The notes below the pieces were generated by a model. That model was not told the DNA's origin and searched no databases. It saw only the letters and a list, made by a program, of their open reading frames with translations. The position numbers and the translations under genes were made by a program. From an uncultured bacterium (lineage in GTDB: Bacteria; Patescibacteriota; Minisyncoccia; Phycocordibacterales; Phycocordibacteraceae), in NCBI GenBank assembly GCA_963851445.1, contig CAWKPH010000001.1, positions 425,363 to 489,362 on the forward strand: a DNA stretch of 64,000 bases, read 5' to 3'. Shown here in pieces: positions 50,453-61,825 of this stretch. How positions within the stretch are numbered: the stretch's first letter is position 1; each line of letters begins with the position of its first letter.

Positions 50453-52352
50453 ATGGCAGACTTTCCAATCACAGTTTTTCAATCGGGAGTGCACAATCGA
50501 GAAGACGTCGAGGATACGCCGAAAGACAGCGCACAAGATGAGCTCAACTGGATCACTATCGACGGAAGAATAGAACTTGCGCGAGGAAAAGTGACTATCG
50601 GACCCGAAGGTGCGGCAGGATCATGTCCGACAATTCATATCGGCTACAAAGTGAACGGCGTCTCGATCCTTTGGAGAAAAATAAGTACGAAAATTCAATA
50701 CTATAACGGCTCGGCATGGGTCGATGTTGTCACTGGCCTTAATGCTTCCGACAATTACGTCTTTTCAAACTACAGCTCGCTCACTGGAGCCTATACATTT
50801 GCTGGCGGTCCAGGTGGACTCTTTAAATTCGCTAATGCCAATCCGAACAATTACATTCAGCTCTACACCTCTACCGATTTTTTTTGCGGATATCCTCTTA
50901 TCGACAAAGCCCGAATGTATCTCTGGGGAATCATCAAAGACCAGACATCTCTTTATCGAAGTCATATCGATGCGCAACGTGCCGGCACGAGCTTCACTCA
51001 GGTAAGCAATGAAAATCTTGCAAGCGGAAACGGAGTGCTAAGGACTTTCAGCGGAGTTCTTTCATTCAAGGCAAGCAATGCGAAAGCAAACTGCGGACTG
51101 GTGACGATAAAATCAGTCGACGCAGGCGGAGAGATATTTACTGACGACAAAAACGGAAACCTGAAGGGAAGTGCAGGAGGAACCGGCACGATAAACTATA
51201 TTACCGGCGCATGGAGCGTGACTTTCGTGACTGTTCCTTCAAATACCTCGAACAATATTCAAGCGACTTATGTCTGGGAAGACAGCACAGCAAAGGTGTT
51301 GCCGATTTCACTTCAGCTCTCCTCGAGCGGCAGCAGAAGGCGACGTGATCCGACAAGACGAAGGAGGTGATGCTATCCAGCAGCTCGTTATCGGTATCGA
51401 CGGCAACTATTACTCGCTCAAAAAGCAGAGTGCATACCAGCATAAATATAGCGACGACGACACGACCTTCAACAACGAAATCGTTCGTAGAAACATCGGT
51501 ATTCTTACGCGCAAGAGCTCAGTGGCAACCGGCCGAGGCGTCGTGTTCATCAACACCGCAAATCCTGACCGACCACAGCTCACGGTCCTCGAAAAAGACC
51601 CGCTCGGCGATGACATTCTCGCAACCGAACTCATTCCGCACTTTGCATGGGAAAACTACGACTACTCCGATGCGGTCATGGAAACATACGGACAATTTAT
51701 CGTTCTTTCCTGCAAGTCGCAGGACAACGACGTCAACGATCGAATGCTCATCATCGATATCACGCGCGAGACTGTCGACATCACGAACTACGGAATGAAG
51801 TCACTCATGCGAGACAGCGGATTCCTATATGCCGGCAGTCCTCACACCGAGACTGTCTACAAAATCCTGAACGGATTCGATGACGACGGCTACGTTCTCC
51901 AAAACAACTGGGACAGCAAGGACGAGACATACGGAATATCTCGCCTCAAGAAATATCGCAGGCTCCGCTATCGAGGCCAGATCGATCCTGCTCAATATGT
52001 CGAGGTCTATGCCGATTATGACGGCGCCGGATACAACCTCGTCGGCACGATCAGAGGAGATGCGACTTATGTGAACCGAAGCAGCCCTTCGACTGTCGGT
52101 ACGACGATGGTGGGCGAGTCAGCAGTCGGAGGCGATGGAGAGGCGACTGTCTATCCATACGAAATGCAACTCAAGGCAGTCAAGATTCCCAAATTCCGCC
52201 GCCGAAGCATCCGCTTCATCGCCAAGGGAATCGGCTACGTGAGCATCATGGAATCGACCGATTGGGACATTTTGACCTACGAAGACAGGCTTCCAAAGGC
52301 CTTCAGGCAGAAAGAGCATGTCAGCCTCGACGGAAAGGAGGTAAACCAATGA
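50453..52352 (+). CDS. Tail nozzle/stabilisation protein, P22 gp10-like (frameshift near 51300)
   Basis: Beta-rich; N-terminal G.HN..D....P...A.D..N, C-terminal KKYRRL; podovirus position. Confidence 0.6.
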
Positions 52353-52387
52353 ATACCTACCGATTTTAATTTTTTCACATCAATACT
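52352..52387 (+). promoter_or_regulatory. Phage promoter motif copy 3 (before tail genes)
   Basis: AATACCTACCGA-N18-AATACT-N6-ATG. Confidence 0.75.
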
Positions 52388-52393
52388 TAAGCC

Positions 52394-53174
52394 ATGTCGA
52401 CAAAGCTCACAAAAGTAGTAGCAAACTTCGAAACATCGCTCGCAACAAAGCTCGGCAATGGTGCTACTTCGGGCTCTCTCACAACTGCCGTCGATAAGGA
52501 TGGAAACGCACTGCCGACAGGCAAATATTGCATGATCGCAGATCGTGGAACTGGCGACGAAGAACATCTCCTCTTCGACCTTTCAGGCGTAGCAATGAGC
52601 AACATCTTTAGCGTCTCGCGCCAAGGAGTGCTGACTGCCGGCGTGCAGAACTCGAATGGCCATCGCGCAGGCTCAAAGTGCTATCTCACGGATTTCGTGA
52701 ACCTAAAAGTCATCGTCGACATTCTTTCCGGCGCTGACACTCTCGATTCGGCCAATCCGATCAGATACGACGCCGATCCGACATTCACCGACTCAAAGCA
52801 GGTCGTGTCAAAAGGCTATGCCGATGCGGGATCTTGCGGGCAAAGCAGGCATCAACGACAACAACGTCTTCCAAGGCCAAAACTCCTTCGTCCAGTCGCC
52901 GACTGTTCCGGACGCAACGACTTCAAACGAGCCGGTGACCTTGGCGCAGCTCATGACCGCGGCGCTTGTCGGCATTCAAGCCGGACTCGACCTTGCCGAC
53001 GTCGCAATAAATCCGGATGGGTCAGTCCGGTCCCTTCACGACAACGTGAACGGCAAGACCTACGTGTTCAGCTACGACCCGAACGGCGACCTCTTCACGA
53101 TCTACGACGGCGTGAGGAAGTGGACGATCGTGTCGACGCTGAGCGGCGAGAGGATCGCAAGCATTACCAGATAA
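52394..53174 (+). CDS. Virion/tail-fibre anchor protein (frameshift near 52830)
   Basis: ANFETSLA, V.RQG..H.AGS, SKGYAD; second frame N.FQG.NSF...PTVP. Confidence 0.6.
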
Positions 53175-53189
53175 ATAATTTATAAAATT

Positions 53190-55294
53190 ATGATCAATTT
53201 AAATGTAGACAAAAGACAGAGCAAAGACACGATCGTAAAAGGCCAGCAGATTCCGCCACTTGTGATGCTGACTGAATACGGCCGACCTGGATATTCCCGT
53301 TGGCCTGCAATCAAGGCGCAGGGAAGTCTGACGCTTCAGAATCAGCCGACGAACGGCCAGTCGATCACAATCGGCCTCAAGACATACACATTCCAAACAG
53401 TGCTCACGAATGCTGATGGCAACATCCTCATTGGTGCCTCGATCGCTCAGACGCAGGCGAATCTTTACGCCGCAATCACTCTGACTGGCATTCCTGGAAC
53501 TCAATATGCGAGTGCGACCACGCTCAATCAAGACGTCGATGCTACGCCTTTCTCCTCAAACATTCTGGTGCTTACTGCAAAGGTGGGCGGCACTGCTGGC
53601 AACTCAATCGCCACAACCTCAACGCTCACCGCTCCGAATGCTTTTGACGCAACAACTCTCGGAACAACTCGAGCAGGCGTCGCGCAGCAGGATGCAGAAT
53701 CGACATTCATGCCTCACTACCGCTCGACCTTCAATACCTCGACTGCACATCAATATGCAAACCGAGAAATGTACTATCTCGGCGACATCAACGGATCGCA
53801 GGACAGGCCAGTCAACAACGACAAGATCATCGGAGCATTGCCTGCGCACAATTATATTATTGCCAGCCGGCGATACAAGAAAGCTCTGGATACCGAACCA
53901 CTTCGATCAGGCGATATAAACACCTCCGCTCGCTTCTCATGCGCTCAATGCTTCAGCGCCCCTTGTGGCAAAACACCATCGGCGCTCCATTTTCCGAAAC
54001 CACGAACAACCGCGCCTTCAAATCTCTTGACTCTCGATTCGAGCCGATTCGTACTCTTCTATCGCCAACAGGCAGGCACGAGCGGAATCTACGCAGTCGC
54101 CGGAAGCATTGCTTCGAACGGAATGATCACATGGGGTACTCCGGTACTTTGTACTGCACTCGATCAATACAACACCGAATTCGATGCAGTCCTGATCAAC
54201 ACCGACAAAGTGCTCATGACCTACGGCGCAGGCGCTTCGACATTCATTCAGACCGCAACACTTTCGTTCTCCGGCACCGGCATCACAAAGAATGCCGATG
54301 TTCAAGTCATCAACGTAAACGGCACACAGAAGAATCTCGTCAAGATTGGAACCGACAAGGCGCTCCTCGCTTTCCAGAACGGCGCGGCGGTCAACCTTTA
54401 TGTCGTCTCGGTTTCGGGAACTGTGCCAGCATACGGAACGCTTGCGACGATCGCTTCCTCGAATATTTACTGGGGCAATTTGCAGGGCAACGGAACCGAC
54501 AAGGCGCAGATCGTCTACTTCAACGCCGGCAAAGTATGGACGGCAGTAGTTACCGCATCGGGTACGACTGTCACTGTGCAGACTCCGCTCACGATCGGCT
54601 ACGACACCAATCCGGCTATCGTTGCAACCAGCTCTATGCTTTCGGTACTGACAAATTCTTCTACTACCATCCGTGGGGCCAACTCATGCCGTATCGAGGC
54701 CGCAGCCGATGCAAGCTCACTTACATCACAGCGAGCGGAAACACTTCCGCTCAGATAACGACACCTGAACTCACAGGCGACGAATACGACACCAACCCCG
54801 TCTTCTTCAATCCGTATGACGCAAACAACTGCATCATCTATCGATGGGCAGGCACCTATTTCGTCGGCGCAAAGATCAATGTGAATGGCAGTGTTGTCAG
54901 CGTGCAGGACGTTCCTCTTCGCGGAGTGGGATGGTTCGACAGTGGCGATAACGGTCCAGGCAACGAATCTCCAAACCGATTCAAAATTTTCCAAGAATTC
55001 AACAACTTCAGCCAGATAGCAGATCCAGTCGTGGTCGGCAACATGACTGTCGTTCTCGGAACGGACAACAACATAAACGGATGCATCTCGGCTTTCGTCG
55101 ACAAGCCGTTCAGCTTCGACCTGTATCTCGGCGACAACAAGATCGGCACATTCAACAAGACACTCAATATGCTCGTCGAGCCAATCAACATAGACCAAGA
55201 CCTCTACCTCGATGACTTCGGCATCAAGATAAAAAGCAATGAAGCGGTCGACATGCACATCGCCGTGCCGGTAGTGCTGGTGACTGTCGAATAA
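53190..55294 (+). CDS. Tail/receptor-binding protein with beta-propeller-like repeats (frameshifts)
   Basis: Repeated (I/G)xTDKxLxx(Y/F)..SG.T.T.G blades; ORFs 53190-54758 and 53939-55294 join. Confidence 0.6.
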
Positions 55295-55301
55295 AAAACT
55301 A

Positions 55302-56991
55302 ATGTCAACGTACACCATACAATATGGCGACACTCTAAGCGGAATTGCTGCAAAGACTGGACAGAGCATCCAGCAATTGATGCAGATGAATCCGTCTATC
55401 ACCGACCCGAATAAAATCTATGCGGGGCGTACGTTGAATGTCGGCGGTCCTGCACCTGCTCCCGCCCTGCACCGGCTCCCCAACTCCACAGCCACAAAAG
55501 CAGACGATTGCTCAAGTGGCGCAAGTTTCGGTCCCTGATTTCGTTGAAGACCCAGGAAGTGCGCAGATCGGGCAGCAGTATAAGACGCAGGCAACGCGAC
55601 TGTCGACGAGAATGCGATACGAGCAGCGACCCGTGCAGCAATGCAGGGCCAGATTGACGCCATAAACTCCGCTGTGGCCGACCAGATCGCCAACTTCAGA
55701 AATACAACAGGGAAGAACAATGAAGGCCAAGCATACGCGCTTGCAGCGGCCGGTGGCCGAGTGGGAAGCGCGACAGGCGAAGCACAAATCCAAGACGTCG
55801 AGAATACCGACGATCAGGAAGCGAACACATATCAGGACGAAGCTAATGCAAAAGTCCAAGCGCTTCTTGGCCAAGCTGATACTGATGCTCAAACTGAAAT
55901 TCAAAATCAGCGTGCTGCCATTCAGCAGGGCGCACAAAGTTATTTCCAGTATCTCGATAGCTTGAGCGTCAGAAGCAGAATCAGATGACGGCATTCGTAA
56001 AGAACATGCTCGCAATGGGCGTCGATCCGACACAACTCTCCGAATTCGACTTCCAGAAAATATCGTCGCAGTACGGATATACCAAAGATGAAATTGTTTC
56101 AATGTATAACGATGCGAAGACTACTCAAGATCAGACAACGCAGTTGACGAATGCAAAAGCTCAAGCTGATATCGACAAGGAAAATGCGGATACCAATTCA
56201 TTCGATTTCAGCCAAGGACAAGCGCACTACGTTGTTGATCCAAAGACCGGCAAGGTGACGCAGGTCGCAAATCTTCCAAAGACATCAGCACGACGGAAGT
56301 GACGGCACAGGATCAACGACGATCGATCCTTCAAGCCCTCAATACAAAGTCGCACAAGACCTCGCCTATGGAGGCCTCACATTCGCGCAATTCAAGAGCC
56401 TGTATTCATATTCCCGAAACATTGATCAGAAGCTCGGCATCTATCAGCTTGCACTCACCTCAATCCGCAATTCAATGCGGCGGACTTCGAAGCGGGCTAC
56501 GAATTCTACAAAGACCCTCAGACGAGACGGAACTTTCATCGGCCGACAATGCTCTCTCGAACATTCAGTCGATCATCGACCTCTCGAATGCGGCCGCTCG
56601 AAGCGGAGTGCCTGCGGTCAACAAGATCGAGCTTCCTGCGAAATATGAAGTCGGCGACAGCTCGGTCGCAAACTTTGATCAGGCACAACAACTTCTCGCT
56701 GATGAAGTTTCCGGTGTTCTCGGTTATGGCTCTGGTACTGACATGAAGCTCAAGCTCGGTATCGACGTCATCGACGGCAATCTCGACCCTGCAACATTCG
56801 CTTCAAACATGGAGCAGCTCAAGACTTTCTTGGAAAAGAAAAAGAACTCGCTCCTTTCTCAGACGAGCGTGTACGGCGATCCGTCAGTCGGCGGTCAGCA
56901 AAACGATCCGTCGCAGGATATGTCGACCTCATCTTCAACTCCGACCACATACAAATCGACTTCAGGCAAAGTCTACATTTTGCCTAATTAA
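55302..56991 (+). CDS. LysM-domain virion/ejection-like protein (several frameshifts)
   Basis: YTIQYGDTLSGIA..L.QMNPSITDPNKIYAG.TL (LysM), followed by Gln/Ala-rich fragments. Confidence 0.7.
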
Positions 56992-56993
56992 TC

Positions 56994-59063
56994 ATGCTTA
57001 CTAAAACCCAAGTACAGCAGAATATCGAATCGCTCGAAAAGCAGGGAGCATCCCAGAATGACATTCAGGGATATTTAAATACTCTCGGTGGGCAGATTTC
57101 ACCTGATGCGCCGACTCCTGCACCGGCCGGCAATACACCAGGCTTCTGGGGCAAAGCTCTCAACGTTGCGAAGGGCGTCGGCAATTTTCTTATTTCAAAC
57201 GAAAAGAATTTCGGCAATGACATCGGCGATGCGATCTATGCGCCGATCGCCGCAAATCAGGTCCAGGAAGAAGTCGAACAAAACATAGCGCAGATGACGG
57301 AACTTCTCGCAAAGCGAAAAGCGATGAAAGCCGCGGGCCAAGACACGACGCATATCGACAATGCGATTCAGATGATCAATGCCAATCAGCCCGATCCGAC
57401 AAAGGAGCTCGGGGATATTGTGCCATCGATAAATAAAAGCAATGAGCAGATTCTCGGCGATGCCGCCGGAGTAGCGACCGATATCGCAGCATTTGGAACG
57501 TATGGTGATGCAGCAAAGGGAGCCGAGACAGGCAAGCTCCTCGTTTCCGGTCCCGTAAGCGGAGCGGTCGGCAATGCTCTCGGCAAAGCAGGAATCGAAT
57601 CAAGTGCATTCGAAAAGACAATCCCGACTGCAGCTTCAAAACTTGCTGCTTTCGGACAAGGAGCGCTTCAGGGCGCAAAAGTAATGGCTCCGATCGGAGC
57701 AGCCTATGGCGCTGCGTCTTCAGCACAAAACAATGACGATCTTCCGACGATGCTCAAAAAGGCGCTCATCAGCGGAGCGGTATCGGGCGTTGTCGGTGGC
57801 GCACTTTCAGGCGTTGCAAACCTTCGCAATGTCGATCCCTGACGAACTCGATCAGGAAGCGGTCGCAAGCTACAAGAAAGGTCTCGCTGCAACAAAAGAA
57901 AAATATAAAGCCACGGCAGACCAGATTATTCCGGATCTTCTCGACCAAGGCGTATGGGGTACACGCAAACAACTCCTTCAGAAAGCGGATGCCGGTATTC
58001 AGCTCTCCTCTGACGAATATGAAAAGCTCGGCGAACTCCAAGGGACTGTCGACACTCAAGGTCTCACGCAGAAAATCGACGATGAAATTGCAAACTATTC
58101 TCAAGGTGGCCGAGCATTCAGCGACAAGATGGATGCAGTCGATAGTGCAATCGTAAATCATCTTCAATCGGCCGATCAGATTTTGAATGATCCAGATATG
58201 GCCGGCGAAGTAGAAAAGTCTGGTGGCTATTCAGGCAGTGCTTGATGACGCGAAGAATAATATTGTCGCTCAGCTCCGACATGACGGCATCAACGACGCT
58301 GCAGATATCATCGAGAACGTCGATACGGACGGCGTGAAGAATCCCGATGACTTCATGGGCACTCTCAAAGAGTGCGGTATCCGACGGACTTCAGCCAAAA
58401 CCGATCTCGGTCAACACCGCAAAGATCAATCAGCTCCAAAAAATGAAAGGCGATATCGAATCGCTCCAACTTTATAACAAGCCGACCGAGGCATATCAGC
58501 AAGACCTCCGCGAGCTCGCGCAGGATTACGGCGACACTGTCTACGACACGAGAAAGAGCCTCAAGACTGTCGATGACAGCGGTACTTTGTCGCAGGTGCG
58601 AAAGGTCGATGGCGCGATCCGCGACGTTTTGAATACGAACAATCCCGACTATGCCCAGATCAACAAAGTCTACACCTTGAATTCAAGACTCTTCGACGTT
58701 CTTGATGAGACGGCCAAGCGACAAGAAGCACGACCGCTCATCTCATGGTTCAACGCAATCGTGGGCAGCGGCGGCGCGACAGCGGGCGGCACGGCCGGAG
58801 GATTCATCGCCGGTCCCGCGGGGTCGACTGTGGGATCGCTTGCGGGCGGTGGATTGGCGGTCGGTCTTACCACGGCGCTCAATAGCACTTGGTACAACAC
58901 GCTTCGTGCCGTTCAGAAAGCGAATCTTGCCGACAAGCTCGTCGAGGTCGGCAGTCTCGATGCGGCGAAGTATTGGGTACAGATTCTCAATTCCGAGGGA
59001 ATCAAAGGGGTTAACCAACTCCTAAATACGCCAAGCCAACAGCTAAACCAAGTACCAAAATGA
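56994..59063 (+). CDS. Ala/Gly-rich ejection (DNA-transfer)-like protein (several frameshifts)
   Basis: Four overlapping ORF fragments with glycine-zipper stretches; podovirus position. Confidence 0.6.
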
Positions 59064-59163
59064 AAGCAAGAGCAGCGCCCAGAGCAACCCCAAGAGGTCC
59101 GAGGATAGCTCCTCCGAGCAACACACCAATTATCAGCAGTATGAAAAATAAAACGTAATACAT
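59011..59163 (-). CDS. 50-aa all-hydrophobic glycine-zipper membrane protein (not in ORF track); candidate superinfection exclusion
   Basis: MYYVLFFILLIIGVLLGGAILGPLGVALGAALAFILVLGLAVGLAYLGVG*; no charged residue. Confidence 0.6.
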   Translation of the reverse strand: MYYVLFFILLIIGVLLGGAILGPLGVALGAALAFILVLGLAVGLAYLGVG

Positions 59164-59221
59164 GGACAGAAGCATTCAGCCATACAGAAAAAAGCAATGC
59201 AAATGTCCTTCTTCACAAAAC

Positions 59222-59413
59222 ATGATGGAAAAAAGAATCGAAACGATCGAATCCCAGATTCGAGAAATAAAAGAAAATCACCTGAGCCACATTCAGGAAG
59301 ATTTGGCCGTGGTGAAAACGAATCAGGAATGGATCATGCGATTCTTCTGGATCGTGGTCTCGGCTTCGGTCGCCGGACTGATCACCGGAATTATTAATTT
59401 AATGATCAAGTAA
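59222..59413 (+). CDS. Small coiled-coil plus TM protein (XhlA/holin-like)
   Basis: IKENHLSHIQED...VKTNQEW followed by one TM helix; precedes the lysin. Confidence 0.65.
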   Translation: MMEKRIETIESQIREIKENHLSHIQEDLAVVKTNQEWIMRFFWIVVSASVAGLITGIINLMIK

Positions 59414-59418
59414 TTTTT

Positions 59419-60474
59419 ATGGAAAACACAAAACTAGAAACTGGCGCATTGGTTTCGCCGCACGACTATCGAGACGGATACGCAGCCTCGGCCGTTGCGA
59501 CAACGATCTCCCAGATCAGCCTTCCGCCAAGTTATAAGACCCAGCTCGCAACGCCGATGATGCAGGCCTTGGAGCCGGCATGCGTATCGCATAGCGTAGC
59601 CGACAACCTCAAGCTCTACTGGTTCAGAAAGACAGGGAAGTGGATCGACTTCTCTCCGCGCTTTCTCGACATCCTCGTTAAGAGATTCGACGGACAGGAT
59701 CGTGCAACCGGCGGCACATATCCACGAATGGTCTTCAAGCTCGCGGTTCAGTACGGATGTGCGACCACTGCGACCTTGCCGAATGACACCTCGCTTCCGG
59801 TCCTTGAATACCGAGACGATTCAAAACTCACCGAGGCGGTCTTTGCCGAAGCAGCGCAGTACAAGATTCCCGGCTACGTCTCGGTCCCTCTTGATTTCCA
59901 AGGTACGAGACAGTCGATCTATCTCTACGGAGCGATTTCGACTTTATTTCAGGTCGGCGATGAGATGTACGTCCCTTCATGGGCAGACAAGGATACTGAT
60001 CCGCTGAGAACGCCGAAGAAAATAGAGTCAGGACATCAGATGTCGCCATTCGGATGGGAAGATGACACCTACAACGATCTTCAAAACGAATGGAGCACTG
60101 CTTGGGCGAACAAAGGCCAGACCCGCTACGATCCAAAAGCATGGTCGCCGTTCGTGATCGAGCAATGGGCGGTCGCAGAGATTCCGCCAGACATTCAGGA
60201 CTTTCTAAAAGCGCTTCCTGCGCCGTCAGCATTCCATTACAGCTGGCAGAAAGACCTCGCACTTGGCGAGCAGAATGACGACGTGAAATTCGCGCAGATC
60301 GCATTTATGATCCTCGGATTTCTCGCGCCAATTCCGGCCGACGAGCTCGGCATCTTCGGTCCGAAGACGGCCGCGGCGAACGCGAAGTATCAGCAAGCAC
60401 ATCGCATCTCGCCGGCACCGAATCACATCGGTCCGCAGACGAGAGCGGCACTTAATAGCCAATTTTCAATTTAA
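59419..60474 (+). CDS. Papain-like (C1) cysteine peptidase with C-terminal peptidoglycan-binding domain; putative endolysin
   Basis: QALEPACV (Q-x5-C), GH, QNEW...W.NKG; LALGEQNDDVK..Q..GIFGPKT.AA..YQ..GPQTRAALN. Confidence 0.8.
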   Translation: MENTKLETGALVSPHDYRDGYAASAVATTISQISLPPSYKTQLATPMMQALEPACVSHSVADNLKLYWFRKTGKWIDFSPRFLDILVKRFDGQDRATGGTYPRMVFKLAVQYGCATTATLPNDTSLPVLEYRDDSKLTEAVFAEAAQYKIPGYVSVPLDFQGTRQSIYLYGAISTLFQVGDEMYVPSWADKDTDPLRTPKKIESGHQMSPFGWEDDTYNDLQNEWSTAWANKGQTRYDPKAWSPFVIEQWAVAEIPPDIQDFLKALPAPSAFHYSWQKDLALGEQNDDVKFAQIAFMILGFLAPIPADELGIFGPKTAAANAKYQQAHRISPAPNHIGPQTRAALNSQFSI

Positions 60475-60479
60475 AAATT

Positions 60480-60699
60480 ATGAACGCAACATTAAAACGC
60501 TACCTTATCAGCTCGGCCACGACCTTCGTGACGGCATTCTTGATCTCGGTCGGGGCGCAACTTACGACCGCGCATATCACGCCCAGAAACCCTCGGATGG
60601 GGGATCGTGGCATCCATAGGCGCAACGGCCTGTAGAGCGGCAATAAAGGCTGTAATAGAGGCTTTTTCAGGGGCAAACGGTGATCCACAGCTAGGATAA
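60480..60699 (+). CDS. Holin-like two-TM protein (frameshifted; not in ORF track)
   Basis: MNATLKRYLISSATTFVTAFLISVG..LGWGIVASIG..RAAIKAVIEAF. Confidence 0.55.
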
Positions 60700-60729
60700 T
60701 TGCTTTCTAATGCCATTTGCTGCTATAAT
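60700..60729 (+). promoter_or_regulatory. Sigma70 promoter of fic
   Basis: TTGCTT-N18-TATAAT with extended TGn. Confidence 0.65.
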
Positions 60730-60756
60730 CGGCTATATACCCTATAGCGGTAAATT

Positions 60757-61821
60757 ATGGCAGACAACAAGACAAAATTTGATCACCGACTAGAGAAACC
60801 AGATCAGCACATCTGGGCTCTTATCGCTGAAATTGACGGCATCAGAGGAGAATTCAAGGCAGGACTCCGAATGTCTCCGCAAGCGATCACCAGCCTCAAG
60901 CGCTCGGTGCTTGTTACCTCTGCCGGCGCATCGACCCGTATCGAAGGATCGAAACTCAGCGACGAAGAAGTCGAGAAGGTCATGCAAGGACTTACAGCTT
61001 CAAAACTTGCCGAGCGCGACTACCAAGAAGTGCAGGGATACCTCGAGACGCTCCAAAACGTCTTCGATAGCTATCAAACTCTCCCGCTCCGTGAGGGCGT
61101 GATCAGCTCACTCCATAATGAGCTTCTTAAATATTCCGACAAAGACAAACTTCACAAAGGCGGCTACAAAAAAACAGAGAACACTGTCGGCATACTTGGT
61201 CCTGACGGCAAGGTCGCCAAGATTATCTTCGATCCGACTCCGGCATGGCTCGCGCCAGCCGAAATGGCAGAGCTCGTTGACTGGACATATGACGCGCTCG
61301 AAAAGAACCGCTTCCATCCGCTCCTCGTCATCGCCAATTTCCTCGTTGAATTCCTGAAGATTCACCCGTTCGAAGACGGCAACGGACGTCTTTCGCGCAT
61401 TCTCACGAATCTTCTTCTGCTCCGATCCGGCTACCAATTCATGCAGTATGTCTCGCATGAGCAGATCGTCGAGCGCCGCAAGGACGAATACTATCTCGCA
61501 CTCCGCAAAGCGCAGGAAACATTCAAAACTGATAAGGACACGATCGCGCCGTGGCTCAACTTCTTCCTTTCGGTCGTCAAAGAGCAGGCGACAAAGGCTT
61601 TGATGTATCTTGAAGAAGAACACATCGAGGATACGCTCTCACCAAAGCAATACGAGGTTTGGAAATTCATCTCGAGCGTAGGCGAAGCGAACTTGAGCGA
61701 GATAGAGAAAGGCACCAATATTGTCAGAGGAACTGTTCGACAGTCGATCGAGCGGCTTCTTGAGCTTGGAAAGATCAAGAGAATGGGTCGCGGCCGCGGT
61801 ACGCGATATGTGAAAATATAA
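60757..61821 (+). CDS. Fic family protein with C-terminal wHTH
   Basis: HPFEDGNGRLSR catalytic motif; STRIEG autoinhibitory motif; GRGRGTRY. Confidence 0.93.
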   Translation: MADNKTKFDHRLEKPDQHIWALIAEIDGIRGEFKAGLRMSPQAITSLKRSVLVTSAGASTRIEGSKLSDEEVEKVMQGLTASKLAERDYQEVQGYLETLQNVFDSYQTLPLREGVISSLHNELLKYSDKDKLHKGGYKKTENTVGILGPDGKVAKIIFDPTPAWLAPAEMAELVDWTYDALEKNRFHPLLVIANFLVEFLKIHPFEDGNGRLSRILTNLLLLRSGYQFMQYVSHEQIVERRKDEYYLALRKAQETFKTDKDTIAPWLNFFLSVVKEQATKALMYLEEEHIEDTLSPKQYEVWKFISSVGEANLSEIEKGTNIVRGTVRQSIERLLELGKIKRMGRGRGTRYVKI

Positions 61822-61825
61822 TTAT

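Larger units (their letters stand above)
36531..60699 (+). mobile_element. Prophage, podovirus (P22-like) gene order; boundaries approximate, may include fic and R-M genes and continue past the window
   Basis: Order: AAA ATPase, replication initiator, RusA, methylase, terminases, portal, scaffold, capsid, adaptor, tail/nozzle, ejection-like proteins, lysis genes; codon style changes after gap. Confidence 0.9.

Noticed and set aside
50871-50896. CTACCGA followed by a T-run and TATCCT
   Set aside because: Coding, only 7 of 12 bases match, and the spacer is 13 bp rather than 18
59060-59158. Plus-strand 32-aa ORF MKARAAPRATPRGPRIAPP
   Set aside because: Better explained as the shadow of the minus-strand hydrophobic ORF, though its ATGA overlap with the upstream stop means it is not fully excluded
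40200-60640. Stop-codon reassignment in the prophage
   Set aside because: The breaks examined need a frame change to restore motifs, and intact genes end at TAA, TGA and TAG normally
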